NCBI GenBank assembly: GCA_022564195.1
Contig: JADFLW010000003.1
Span: 12,747 to 76,746 of the forward strand
Origin: Patescibacteria group bacterium
Lineage (GTDB): Bacteria > Patescibacteriota > Microgenomatia > UBA1400 > Chisholmbacteraceae
Direction of reading: 5' to 3'
Length of the DNA stretch: 64,000 bases
Part shown: piece by piece, positions 30,173-39,412 of the stretch
How the letters are laid out: each line of letters begins with the position of its first letter
Position numbering within the stretch: the first letter of the stretch is position 1
Program-made: the position numbers and the translations under genes
Notes under the pieces: model-generated
Told to the model about the DNA's origin: nothing
The model's database searches: none
The model's input: the letters and a program-made list of their open reading frames with translations, nothing else

Positions 30173-31149
30173 AGAAAGCATACAGGAAGTGTGTTGATGC
30201 TCTCGGTAAGAATAGAATTCAATTGAATGAACCGCTGGCACGGCACACCTACATGAAGGTCGGCGGACCTGCCGATCTCTTCTTCGTCGCCCAAAATAGC
30301 AATGAACTAAAAAAAGCCGTTCGCGCTGCAATGAAGCTCAGCATCCCATATTTCATTCTGGGGGGAGGATCGAACATCCTCGTCGGCGACAAAGGAATAC
30401 GAGGGTTGGTGATCAAAAACCGTGCGGACAAGATCACAATTCATAAATTCAAAGGAAGAATGAAAGATAAAAAAGTGGTTGTTGAAAAGGCACAAGTGGT
30501 GGCCGAGAGTGGAGTGATTACCAATCTTCTTGTCCGCAAAACAATCGAGGAAGGTTTAGCCGGGCTGGAACATTTTCTCGGGGTACCAGGCACGATAGGA
30601 GGGGCAATCTATAACAACTCCCACTACCAGAAGGAGCTTATCGGGAATTTTGTGGAAGAAGTGGCGGTTTTGAATACGGAGGGAAAAGAACATACGTACA
30701 AAAAAAGTGAGATGGACTTTACCTACGATTACTCCATCCTCCAGGAAACACACGAGACGGTACTCACAAGCACCTTCCTCTTGAAGGGGGGAAATCCGAG
30801 AAGAATTTGGAAGAAAGCAGAGCGGTTTGCCAAGCGCCGTGCCGATACCCAACCACTGAGCTTCCCCAGCTCTGGATGCATCTTCAAGAACATTGAATCC
30901 AAAAATGGGACCTACGGCACAAATATTCGACAATACACGGCGGCCGGATACTTGATTGAAAAAGCCGGGCTCAAAGGCACAAAGCTTGGGAAGGCACAGG
31001 TCAGCGAGAAACATGCAAGCTTCATCATCAACACCGGAGGTGCAACGGCAAGTGAGGTCGTGGAACTTATTGATATCGTTCGAGCCAGGGTAAAAGAGAA
31101 ATTTGGGGTCACGTTGGAGATGGAAGTCTTTAAAGTAGGGCAGTTTTAA
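30169..31149 (+). CDS. murB: UDP-N-acetylenolpyruvoylglucosamine reductase
   Basis: MKVGGPADLFF, ILGGGSNILV, SSGCIFKN. Confidence 0.9.
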   Translation: MKKAYRKCVDALGKNRIQLNEPLARHTYMKVGGPADLFFVAQNSNELKKAVRAAMKLSIPYFILGGGSNILVGDKGIRGLVIKNRADKITIHKFKGRMKDKKVVVEKAQVVAESGVITNLLVRKTIEEGLAGLEHFLGVPGTIGGAIYNNSHYQKELIGNFVEEVAVLNTEGKEHTYKKSEMDFTYDYSILQETHETVLTSTFLLKGGNPRRIWKKAERFAKRRADTQPLSFPSSGCIFKNIESKNGTYGTNIRQYTAAGYLIEKAGLKGTKLGKAQVSEKHASFIINTGGATASEVVELIDIVRARVKEKFGVTLEMEVFKVGQF

Positions 31150-31157
31150 GGATACGA

Positions 31158-32474
31158 ATGGAAAAATTCATCATCCAGGGAGGAAGAGAACTTCACGGCT
31201 CCGTCCGGCTCGGAGGCGCGAAAAACTCAAGCTTCAAGCTCATGATCGCGTCTCTATTGGCTCAAGGAGAAACGCGTCTTTTAAACATCCCACTCATCAA
31301 TGATGTGGAGATCACCCGGCAGATAATCGATCACTTGGGAGGCCGAGTCCGCAGCGCCGGAGAACGGTTGCTTTGCGTTGATGGTACAAATCTCACAACG
31401 AATGAAGTTCCTCAACGCTTCGGAAAACACTCTCGTGCCTCGACGATGTTCATCGCCCCCTTGCTTAGTAGATTCAAGAAGGCGGTTGTCCCATTGCCAG
31501 GAGGAGATAAAATCGGCGCTCGTCCCTTAGACAGGCATTTCGCCGTATTTAAAGCGCTTGGTGCAACCGTCACACAACGAGGCAACGTGGTTGTCGTTTC
31601 CGCAGACCGATTGACTGGTTCACACTACAAATTTGAAAAGAATAGCCATACTGGAACTGAAACGGCGATCATGGCCGCGGTACTGGCTGTGGGCAAAACG
31701 ATCCTGGAAAACGCGGCAGCAGAACCTGAGGTCGACGACCTTATCACTTTTCTCACGAGCATGGGTGCCAAGATTCAAAGGAAGCCCGGTCGCAGAATAG
31801 AGATCATCGGAGTGAAGAAACTTATCCCGACAATCCACCGCATCATGCCGGATCGAAATGAGGCGGTATCCTTCGCCTGCGCGGCGGTTGCAACAGGTGG
31901 AGACATCATTGTGGAAAACGCAAGAGAAGAACATCTCAAAGCGTTTCTCCATAAGCTTGAAGAAGTGGGGGGCGGGTATGAAGTAGGAAGTTTCGGCATT
32001 CGATTTTACCATCAAGGAGCCTTTAGATCGGTTGATGTGGTTACGAAACCGTATCCCGGATTCATGACTGACTGGCAACCGCTCTGGGCCGTGCTGATGA
32101 CGCAAGCCAAGGGCACCGCGATCATCCATGAAACGGTTCACAACAACCGATTCCAGTATGTTCGAGATTTAAGAAAGATGGGTGCCAAGATTTCGCTTTT
32201 CAATCCAAAAGTTACAAATCCAAGAAGGTTCTATAATTTCAATCTTCAAGACGATCGTCCGGAGTATCGCCACGCTGCCAAAATTCAGGGCCCGACGCCA
32301 CTGAAGGGAAGAGAGCTTAAAGTTCATGATCTCCGCGCCGGGGCAACCTTGGTTTTGGCAGCCCTGATTGCCAAAGGGCAAAGCACCATAACTGGAGTGG
32401 ACCATATTGACAGAGGCTACGAAAATCTCGATGGCCGACTGATTGACTTAGGTGCTAGTATAAAGAGGTTGTAA
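31158..32474 (+). CDS. murA: UDP-N-acetylglucosamine 1-carboxyvinyltransferase
   Basis: FIIQGGRELHGSVRLGGAKNSSFKLMIASLLA and EPSP-synthase-fold length (438 aa). Confidence 0.9.
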   Translation: MEKFIIQGGRELHGSVRLGGAKNSSFKLMIASLLAQGETRLLNIPLINDVEITRQIIDHLGGRVRSAGERLLCVDGTNLTTNEVPQRFGKHSRASTMFIAPLLSRFKKAVVPLPGGDKIGARPLDRHFAVFKALGATVTQRGNVVVVSADRLTGSHYKFEKNSHTGTETAIMAAVLAVGKTILENAAAEPEVDDLITFLTSMGAKIQRKPGRRIEIIGVKKLIPTIHRIMPDRNEAVSFACAAVATGGDIIVENAREEHLKAFLHKLEEVGGGYEVGSFGIRFYHQGAFRSVDVVTKPYPGFMTDWQPLWAVLMTQAKGTAIIHETVHNNRFQYVRDLRKMGAKISLFNPKVTNPRRFYNFNLQDDRPEYRHAAKIQGPTPLKGRELKVHDLRAGATLVLAALIAKGQSTITGVDHIDRGYENLDGRLIDLGASIKRL

Positions 32475-32525
32475 TAAAGGGGAAGGGAGGTGGTTGGGAA
32501 GCAAAAATAGCAAAGAAGCGTGTGG

Positions 32526-32720
32526 TCCCGATAGCGCTGGCGCTTATCGGGAATACGAGGAAGGGGGATCCCCCGACATCACGTCGGGGGGATCGGACTC
32601 CCGGTGTAAAATACCGGGGAGAATCTGCGGAGACCCCCTGGTTGTTCGGCCAACCACAACGGACGGATCAAAACCTCGCAGTAATGTGGGAGACAGAGTC
32701 CAACCGAAGCCGAAAGGGTT
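32526..32720 (+). ncRNA. Candidate glmS-ribozyme-like structured 5' leader
   Basis: Lies in the 349-nt gap directly upstream of glmS. GC-rich nested helices include tcccgat 32526-32532 / atcggga 32546-52. Strings AGCGC (32533), ACGAGGA (32555) and CGGACUCCCGG (32594) recall the glmS ribozyme core. P1 would be nearly absent, so the call is uncertain. Confidence 0.4.
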
Positions 32721-32823
32721 TTCTTCATCCCTAATAATTTCCTGATTATTGAACATCAATAAGGAGGAGTGTTTTGTGTGGTGAAACTAGTGTATTTTCA
32801 CCCTAAACCTAAACGCTAATGAT

Positions 32824-34605
32824 ATGTGTGGAATTTTCGGATACGTAGGTCACCAAGAAGACGCAGCCGACATCGTCTTTGAGGGCTTAAAAAGATTGGA
32901 ATACCGCGGATACGACTCTTGGGGAATTGCGGTCAAAAAGCCAGGAACGGGCAGCAAAAATACCTTTGCGATCAGGAAAAGAACGGGAAAGATCGGAAAC
33001 GCCAAGGTCAGTGACCTCCCCAAAAGCAGCTTTGGTTTAGGACACACGAGGTGGGCAACCCATGGTGGGGTAACCAAAATTAATGCCCACCCACATACCG
33101 ACTGCACAGGTTCCATTGTCTTGATCCACAACGGCATAATCGAGAATTACGAAAAGTTGAAAAAGAACCTTATAGCCCACGGCCACCGTTTTGTGTCCGA
33201 AACAGATAGCGAAGTTGCGGTCCATTTGATTGAAGAGCTCAACAAAACCTGCTCATTCACAGAGGCAGTTCGCAAAGCTTTTCTTAAGTTGGAGGGCTTA
33301 AACGCCATAATCGTCATGCATCCGCGAGCGCACACATTTGTTGGGGTCCGGAACGGATCGCCACTTGTCGTTGGTTTGGGAAAGGGAGGAAACTACCTTG
33401 CCTCAGATGCTGCCGCTCTCCTGCCTCACACCAAGAAGGTGTACTTTTTAGAAGATAACGATTTGGTGGTAGCAGACGCAGAGAATGTCCAAATCATCGA
33501 GGTGAAAACGGGGAAGAGAAAGAAGATCAAGCCGCGTACGCTTACCTGGAGCATAAAGCAAGCTGAAAAAGGGAAGTACCCCCATTTCATGATCAAAGAA
33601 ATTCATGAACAGCCGTCCATACTCTCTGAGATTGCTTCGAGTGGTCTCTCTAATGCCAAAAAGCTCAGCAAACATATCGATCAGGCCTTCGACACCTACA
33701 TGGTGGGCTGCGGAACCGCTTCATATGCCTGTATTGCAGGTTCCTACCTTTTTTCCAAAATCGCCAATCGTCATATCAACTGGGCTGTTGGAAGCGAATT
33801 CGGATATCAGCTAGACTTTTTAACCCCAAAAAGCCTGGTTATGGCACTCTCTCAATCTGGCGAAACAATAGATACACTTGAAGCGGTGAAGAAAGCGAAA
33901 GGGAAAGGCGCAAAGATTTTTGCACTTGTCAATACACTTGGGTCGTCTCTGTATCGTGAAGCCGACTATTCAATGCTCATTGGTGCAGGACCAGAGAAAG
34001 CCGTCGCCTCCACAAAAGCCTTCACTGGAAAGCTTGCCCATCTGGTGCTTCTTGCATACGCTCTGGCCGGCAAACCAAAGAGTGGTCAATCGACACTCTT
34101 GAAAGCCGCAAAGGCAAGCAAGACAGTCCTCACTCCTGAATCTAGGGCGAGGATAAAAAAACTCGCGGAGAGGATGAAAAACAAAGAGCACATCTATGTT
34201 ATTGGAAGAGGCTTATCGTACCCCGCGTCGCTAGAAACCGCATTAAAAATCAAAGAGATCTCCTACATCCATGCCGAAGGATTCGCGGCTGGAGAATTGA
34301 AGCACGGCGTGATCGCGCTTGTCGAGAAAGGTACCCCTTGCATTGCCTTTTTACCTAACGATGAAACGTATGGTGCCAATCTCGCTGGCGCGATGGAAAT
34401 GAAGGCCCGTGGCGGCTCCATCATCGGGATTTCCCACAAGCCGCACGAGGTCTTTGATTTCTATATTCCAGTGGCAGATGCTCAAGAAGCCACGATCATT
34501 CCCAATGTCATCGTCGGTCAAGTCTTAGCCTATTATCTCGCGATCGCGCGCGACCTCGACCCCGACATGCCCCGCAACCTCGCTAAATCCGTAACGGTGA
34601 AGTAA
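32824..34605 (+). CDS. glmS: Glutamine--fructose-6-phosphate aminotransferase
   Basis: MCGIFGYVG N-terminal nucleophile, two SIS domains, C-terminal AKSVTVK. Confidence 0.95.
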   Translation: MCGIFGYVGHQEDAADIVFEGLKRLEYRGYDSWGIAVKKPGTGSKNTFAIRKRTGKIGNAKVSDLPKSSFGLGHTRWATHGGVTKINAHPHTDCTGSIVLIHNGIIENYEKLKKNLIAHGHRFVSETDSEVAVHLIEELNKTCSFTEAVRKAFLKLEGLNAIIVMHPRAHTFVGVRNGSPLVVGLGKGGNYLASDAAALLPHTKKVYFLEDNDLVVADAENVQIIEVKTGKRKKIKPRTLTWSIKQAEKGKYPHFMIKEIHEQPSILSEIASSGLSNAKKLSKHIDQAFDTYMVGCGTASYACIAGSYLFSKIANRHINWAVGSEFGYQLDFLTPKSLVMALSQSGETIDTLEAVKKAKGKGAKIFALVNTLGSSLYREADYSMLIGAGPEKAVASTKAFTGKLAHLVLLAYALAGKPKSGQSTLLKAAKASKTVLTPESRARIKKLAERMKNKEHIYVIGRGLSYPASLETALKIKEISYIHAEGFAAGELKHGVIALVEKGTPCIAFLPNDETYGANLAGAMEMKARGGSIIGISHKPHEVFDFYIPVADAQEATIIPNVIVGQVLAYYLAIARDLDPDMPRNLAKSVTVK

Positions 34606-34638
34606 GCGAGTCTTGTGATTTGCTATACTACTTCTGTT

Positions 34639-34989
34639 ATGCGAAGGCACATCACTGCGTTCGGGCTCGCCTTTTCCGGAATCTGGTATGCTTGGCGCAC
34701 GCAGCCGAATTTTGTTGTCCACTCGCTGTTTACCGCTCTGGTAATTGGCCTTGGTGTGACGCTAGAGATTTCGCACGTTGAGTGGGTAGCACTCCTGCTG
34801 ACCGTCATACTCGTTTTCGTGGCGGAGATGATAAACACCTCGATCGAGTCAATGACGAATCTCATCACCACGGAACACCGGAAAAATGCCAAAATCGCCA
34901 AAGACGTGTCAGCGGGAATGGTATTAACGGCAGTAATTGGCGCCCTAATCATTGGTCTCGTCATCTTCGCACCAAAGATACTGCGTTGA
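34639..34989 (+). CDS. dgkA: Diacylglycerol/undecaprenol kinase family protein
   Basis: Three TM spans and the AEMINTSIES motif. ATG 34639 preferred to GTG 34615. Confidence 0.75.
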   Translation: MRRHITAFGLAFSGIWYAWRTQPNFVVHSLFTALVIGLGVTLEISHVEWVALLLTVILVFVAEMINTSIESMTNLITTEHRKNAKIAKDVSAGMVLTAVIGALIIGLVIFAPKILR

Positions 34990-35081
34990 ATAAGAAACAA
35001 GTAATAAGTGACAGGAAAAGAATTCTTAGGTCTTAAACCTTAAACATCAAACATTAAACGTTAACCATTAGTCATCAGCCC

Positions 35082-36110
35082 ATGGCTTTGCTCCTCGGAC
35101 TTCTCATCTTTTCCTTCCTGACAACGGCCATTTTGATCGTGCCGTTCATCAATCTTCTCTATAAACTTCGCTTCCAGAGAGGCCAGCAACGAACTCGTGA
35201 CGCATTTGGAAAACTCACACCAATATTCAATCGTTTCCATAGCGCAAAAGCCGGAACACCGGTAGGTGGTGGATTGCTGGTCATGATCGTCGTCGCGATC
35301 CTCTTCTCGATAGTATTTCCGCTTATTCGGTTTGTAGGTGTTCCTATAACCGAAGTCTATCCCCTTCGCGACGAGGTAAATATCCTGTTCTTCACCTTCA
35401 TCGCCTTTGGTCTTTTGGGCCTCTACGATGACTTCATGAAATTCTTTGGAGTCGACAAAAAGTTCTTCGGACTCCGACTGCGTCATAAGTTTGTCATACA
35501 ATGGATCCTGGCGTTGATCGTTGCCCTCCTTTTGTATGTCAATCTGAAGATCGACATCCTAAACATCCCGTTTGTCGGGGTGTTCAAGCTGGGGTGGTGG
35601 TACGTGCCTTTTGCTGCGTTCACGATTGTTGCATTTACCAATGCATTTAACATCACCGATGGACTCGATGGTTTAGCGACGGGGTTATTGATGATCGCCC
35701 TGTTTGGCTTTTGGGTCATCTCTGCTTCAATTTTGGATACGCCCTTGTCGGTGTTCCTAACCCTATGGTTGGGGGCACTGATCGCGTTTTTGTATTTCAA
35801 TGTCTACCCGGCAAGAATCTTCTTAGGCGATGTCGGGGCCCTCGCTTTCGGAGCAACACTGGCGGTCGTGGGACTACTGCTTGGAAAGATATTAGCACTC
35901 GTGGTCATCGGGGGGCTCTTCGTCATTGAGATTACATCAAGCCTTCTCCAGCTCACCTACAAACGCTTCTACGGGAGGAAGCTATTCCCCGTAGCGCCGG
36001 CGCACCTGTGGTTGCAGCACATCGGATGGGAGGAGCCCAAGATCGTGACAAGAGCTTGGCTGGGCGGGATCATGCTTGCGATCTTCGGCGTCTGGTTAGC
36101 TGTGATCTAA
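35082..36110 (+). CDS. mraY: Phospho-N-acetylmuramoyl-pentapeptide transferase
   Basis: NAFNITDGLDGLA and about 10 TM spans. Confidence 0.9.
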   Translation: MALLLGLLIFSFLTTAILIVPFINLLYKLRFQRGQQRTRDAFGKLTPIFNRFHSAKAGTPVGGGLLVMIVVAILFSIVFPLIRFVGVPITEVYPLRDEVNILFFTFIAFGLLGLYDDFMKFFGVDKKFFGLRLRHKFVIQWILALIVALLLYVNLKIDILNIPFVGVFKLGWWYVPFAAFTIVAFTNAFNITDGLDGLATGLLMIALFGFWVISASILDTPLSVFLTLWLGALIAFLYFNVYPARIFLGDVGALAFGATLAVVGLLLGKILALVVIGGLFVIEITSSLLQLTYKRFYGRKLFPVAPAHLWLQHIGWEEPKIVTRAWLGGIMLAIFGVWLAVI

Positions 36111-36132
36111 AGCTTCAAAAGGAGAGTTCCCC

Positions 36133-36141
36133 TGATATAAT
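36133..36141 (+). promoter_or_regulatory. Extended -10 (TGaTATAAT) 6 nt upstream of ATG 36148 (murI); possible leaderless mRNA
   Basis: Read directly; no SD in the gap. Confidence 0.4.
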
Positions 36142-36147
36142 GAGCCT

Positions 36148-36939
36148 ATGCGACAAGATGCCATAGGCGTCTTTGACTCTGGGGTGGGCGGACTCTCGAT
36201 TTGGCGCGAAATTCGGCGTTTGCTTCCACGGGAGAACACGGTCTATGTCGCAGATCAAAAACACCTTCCGTATGGGGAAAAAAGCGATGAAGAAATAAGA
36301 GGCAGGTCCGAAAAAATCACCAAGTACTTGTTAGATCAAGGATGCTCGCTCATCGTCGTCGCCTGCAACAGTGCCACCGTCTCAGCACTCGCTCAGCTCC
36401 GTCGTCAGTTTTCCATTCCCTTCGTCGGCGTCGAGCCGGCAGTCAAACCGGCTGCCCGAAAAAGCAAGACAGGAGAAATAACGATTCTTGCAACAACCAA
36501 GACCGCAACAAGCAAAAGACAACGGAGTTTGTTAGAGCAGCATGCGAACTCAGTAAAAGTCAATCTTCTTGCGGCACCAGAGTTCGTTGAGCTTGTGGAG
36601 AAAGGGGAGATCGACACTCCTCGCGCATCACGCAGAATCGCTGCCTTTTTGCGATCACACAACCTGGGGAAAAGCGACGTTTTTGTTCTCGGGTGCACCC
36701 ACTACATCTTTTTAAAAGACACGATAAGAAACGCTTTACCGGACCATGTCACGATCATCGAGCCGTCAAGGGCGATAGCCAAGAGAGTCGAGTCGATAAG
36801 AAAAAATCAAGTGAGAAAAACGCAACAAAAGCCGGGAAAGCAGAGGTTCATGACCACCGCAAATGTGGTTCGCTTCACAAACGTTGCCCAAAAGCTTATC
36901 GGAGGCGCAATAGAATCAGCAGGGAAGCTCGAGGTATGA
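36148..36939 (+). CDS. murI: Glutamate racemase
   Basis: IGVFDSGVGGLS, VVACNSAT, VLGCTHY. Confidence 0.9.
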   Translation: MRQDAIGVFDSGVGGLSIWREIRRLLPRENTVYVADQKHLPYGEKSDEEIRGRSEKITKYLLDQGCSLIVVACNSATVSALAQLRRQFSIPFVGVEPAVKPAARKSKTGEITILATTKTATSKRQRSLLEQHANSVKVNLLAAPEFVELVEKGEIDTPRASRRIAAFLRSHNLGKSDVFVLGCTHYIFLKDTIRNALPDHVTIIEPSRAIAKRVESIRKNQVRKTQQKPGKQRFMTTANVVRFTNVAQKLIGGAIESAGKLEV

Positions 36940-38291
36940 CGCCATTTGAAAAATTCAAAAAGGACTTTCAAGAGAAACGCGTGTTGATATTTGGTATCGG
37001 GTTGCTCGGGAGAGGGATTGACGTTGCAAGAACGTTCGCGAGTATCGGATCTCACGTGTTAGCGACGGATCTCAAAACACGAAAGATGTTAAGACCATCA
37101 TTGGAGAAACTTGAAGGAATACCCGTCGAATTGAGGCTTGGCGAGCATAGGCTAGAAGATGTGTTAAACGCCGATGTGCTCATTCGCAATCCCGCGGTAC
37201 CTTGGCATCACCCACTCCTTGACCGTGCTAGAAAAAAGGGGATTCCGATTCACATGGATTCGAGCCTGTTTGCCAGATATTTCCCGGGTAGAATAATCGG
37301 CATCACCGGAACCCGCGGTAAAACCACGACCACAATGATGATCTTTAAATTGCTAAAAAATCAGAAAGGCTTGAGAGTTGTGCTTGCCGGCAACGCAACG
37401 AGAACAGCAAATATACGGCTTTTGAAAAACGCTTCACCCGATCAAATAGCAGTGATGGAACTCTCCTCATGGGAACTACAAGGATTCCGACACCTGCGTG
37501 TAAGCCCGCACATTGGAGTTATCACCAACATCTACAAAGATCATCTCAATCGGTATAAAGCTATGGAAGAATACGTTTCAGACAAAGAAGCAATTTTTGC
37601 CTTTCAGAAAGAAAAGGATTACATTCTTTTAAATAAGAAGAACGCCTGGACCATGGATATGGCCAAACGAGCCCCGTCAAAGGTAATCTGGTTCTCTGCG
37701 AAAGACTTTCCCTCAATTTGGACGCTCAATCTCATTGGCAGCCACAACAGAGAAAACGCGGCCGCAGCGCTGAAGGTGGGCAGGCTCATGGGTATGCGCC
37801 AGGGGACAATGAAATCCGTTTTTTCGCGATTCCAACCAGTTCCGCACAGGTTAGAAACCGTCGCCGAGTTGAGAGGCGTGCGATTCATAAACGATACAAC
37901 ATCGACCACCCCAATTGCCACTCTGAAGGCGCTGCGGGCGATTTCGGCTCCCACGATCCTTTTGGTGGGAGGAAACAGCAAGAACTTGCCTCTCAATGAG
38001 TTAGCCCGGGAGATTTCCAAAAAAACAAAAGGTGTGCTTCTCCTGCGAGGCGATGGAACCGCCAAACTCAAAAAAGAGCTTCAGCGTCACAAGAAAGCGC
38101 CGATCCTCAAAGAGAATCTCTCTTTAGAGAAAGCAATTGAAGCCGCAGCCAAGACAGCAACTTCCGGTGATGTGGTCCTTCTCAGTCCCGGATTCACCTC
38201 ATTTTCTGAGTTCAACAACGAATTCGAACGTGGAGAGCGCTTCAAGGAAGTTGTAAAGAACTTGGCCGCTAAAAAGAGGAAGAAGAAGTAG
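36936..38291 (+). CDS. murD: UDP-N-acetylmuramoylalanine--D-glutamate ligase
   Basis: ATG 36936 overlaps the murI stop (ATGA). VLIFGIGLLGRG, ITGTRGKTTTTMM, HRLE. Confidence 0.9.
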   Translation: MTPFEKFKKDFQEKRVLIFGIGLLGRGIDVARTFASIGSHVLATDLKTRKMLRPSLEKLEGIPVELRLGEHRLEDVLNADVLIRNPAVPWHHPLLDRARKKGIPIHMDSSLFARYFPGRIIGITGTRGKTTTTMMIFKLLKNQKGLRVVLAGNATRTANIRLLKNASPDQIAVMELSSWELQGFRHLRVSPHIGVITNIYKDHLNRYKAMEEYVSDKEAIFAFQKEKDYILLNKKNAWTMDMAKRAPSKVIWFSAKDFPSIWTLNLIGSHNRENAAAALKVGRLMGMRQGTMKSVFSRFQPVPHRLETVAELRGVRFINDTTSTTPIATLKALRAISAPTILLVGGNSKNLPLNELAREISKKTKGVLLLRGDGTAKLKKELQRHKKAPILKENLSLEKAIEAAAKTATSGDVVLLSPGFTSFSEFNNEFERGERFKEVVKNLAAKKRKKK

Positions 38292-38303
38292 CGTAACGTA
38301 TCT

Positions 38304-39407
38304 ATGCGCAGCCGCAGAACTAAACCAAAAGAACTCAAACAGACACAACGCAAAAGCATGGACCATGTCCTGCTCATTACGACCAGCATCCTCACCCTCT
38401 TTGGGGTGCTCATGGTGTATGACGCCTCTGTCGTTGAGGCCTACAGAGATTTCTCTGATAAATTTTATTTTGCAAAGCAGCAACTGGTTTGGGCGGGATT
38501 GGGTCTCATGCTGATGCTTGTTGTTTCCCAAATTCCATATCAGCTCTTCCGACGAGTGGCACTCTGGGCATTCGCGGCAACGGTTCTCATGCTCCTTCTG
38601 GTTCTCATTCCCTCAATTGGGACGAAAGTCTTGGGCGCTCGTCGCTGGATCAACATCAGAGGCTTCACTCTCCAACCAGCGGAACTAGCAAAGCTGACGT
38701 TGGCGATGTATTTAGCTTCCTTTCTGGAAAAAAAGCAGCCGTTTATCCAGTTCGCGCTGATTACGGCTGCAGTCGTTGGGCTCATCATGCTTGAGCCTGA
38801 CTTAGGCACGGCCACGGTGATGGCGAGCATCGCAGTAGCAGTCTACTTTTTTTCAGGAGCACCTCTGCGGGCGATATTTGCGGTTTTAAGCGCTGGTCTC
38901 CTTGGAGGCTTTGGCTTCATTGCCACCTCCGAATACAGAAGGGCGCGGGTGGCAACCTTTCTGGATCCTTCAAAGGATCCTCTGGGAATCTCCTACCATA
39001 TTCGACAAGTGCTCATCGCCTTAGGATCCGGTGGCGTGTTTGGCGTCGGAATAGGAAAATCTAGGCAGAAGTACGAGTATATTCCGGCTGCAACCACGGA
39101 CTCGATCTTTGCAATCGTTGCGGAAGAATTAGGATTCATTGGGGCGGCAGTGTTGATCGCCCTCTTCGTCGTGCTCTTCATACGAAGCTTCAGTATCGCA
39201 AAACGGGCTCCGGATCAATTTAGCAAGCTACTGGCTGGCGGTATAGCGACGTGGATAAGTATTCAGACCCTCATCAATTTGGCGACAATGGTCGCGCTAC
39301 TTCCACTAACAGGAGTACCCTTGCCACTGATTTCGTACGGTGGATCGTCAACCATAGCCACTTTAGTGGGAGTCGGCATGCTCCTAAGCATCTCAAAAAG
39401 TTTGTAG
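38304..39407 (+). CDS. ftsW: SEDS-family peptidoglycan glycosyltransferase FtsW
   Basis: 10-TM SEDS pattern. Motifs QPAELAKL, EPDLGTA and PLISYGGSS. Position between murD and murG. Confidence 0.85.
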   Translation: MRSRRTKPKELKQTQRKSMDHVLLITTSILTLFGVLMVYDASVVEAYRDFSDKFYFAKQQLVWAGLGLMLMLVVSQIPYQLFRRVALWAFAATVLMLLLVLIPSIGTKVLGARRWINIRGFTLQPAELAKLTLAMYLASFLEKKQPFIQFALITAAVVGLIMLEPDLGTATVMASIAVAVYFFSGAPLRAIFAVLSAGLLGGFGFIATSEYRRARVATFLDPSKDPLGISYHIRQVLIALGSGGVFGVGIGKSRQKYEYIPAATTDSIFAIVAEELGFIGAAVLIALFVVLFIRSFSIAKRAPDQFSKLLAGGIATWISIQTLINLATMVALLPLTGVPLPLISYGGSSTIATLVGVGMLLSISKSL

Positions 39408-39412
39408 GACCC

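Noticed and set aside
32494-32745. 83-aa and 70-aa ORFs in the murA-glmS gap.
   Set aside because: Biased, motif-free sequence lying on top of strong nested RNA helices directly upstream of glmS. A structured leader is more plausible.
36693-36935. Upstream in-frame extensions offered by the ORF track: murD 36693, murG 39251, murE 24585, rsmH 21654, ATPase 60828, Rho-like 53699, and GT genes 6941, 8506 and 12028.
   Set aside because: The extensions overlap the preceding gene or a conserved RNA leader. They encode atypical sequence, and internal starts give canonical N-termini with ATGA coupling or an SD.
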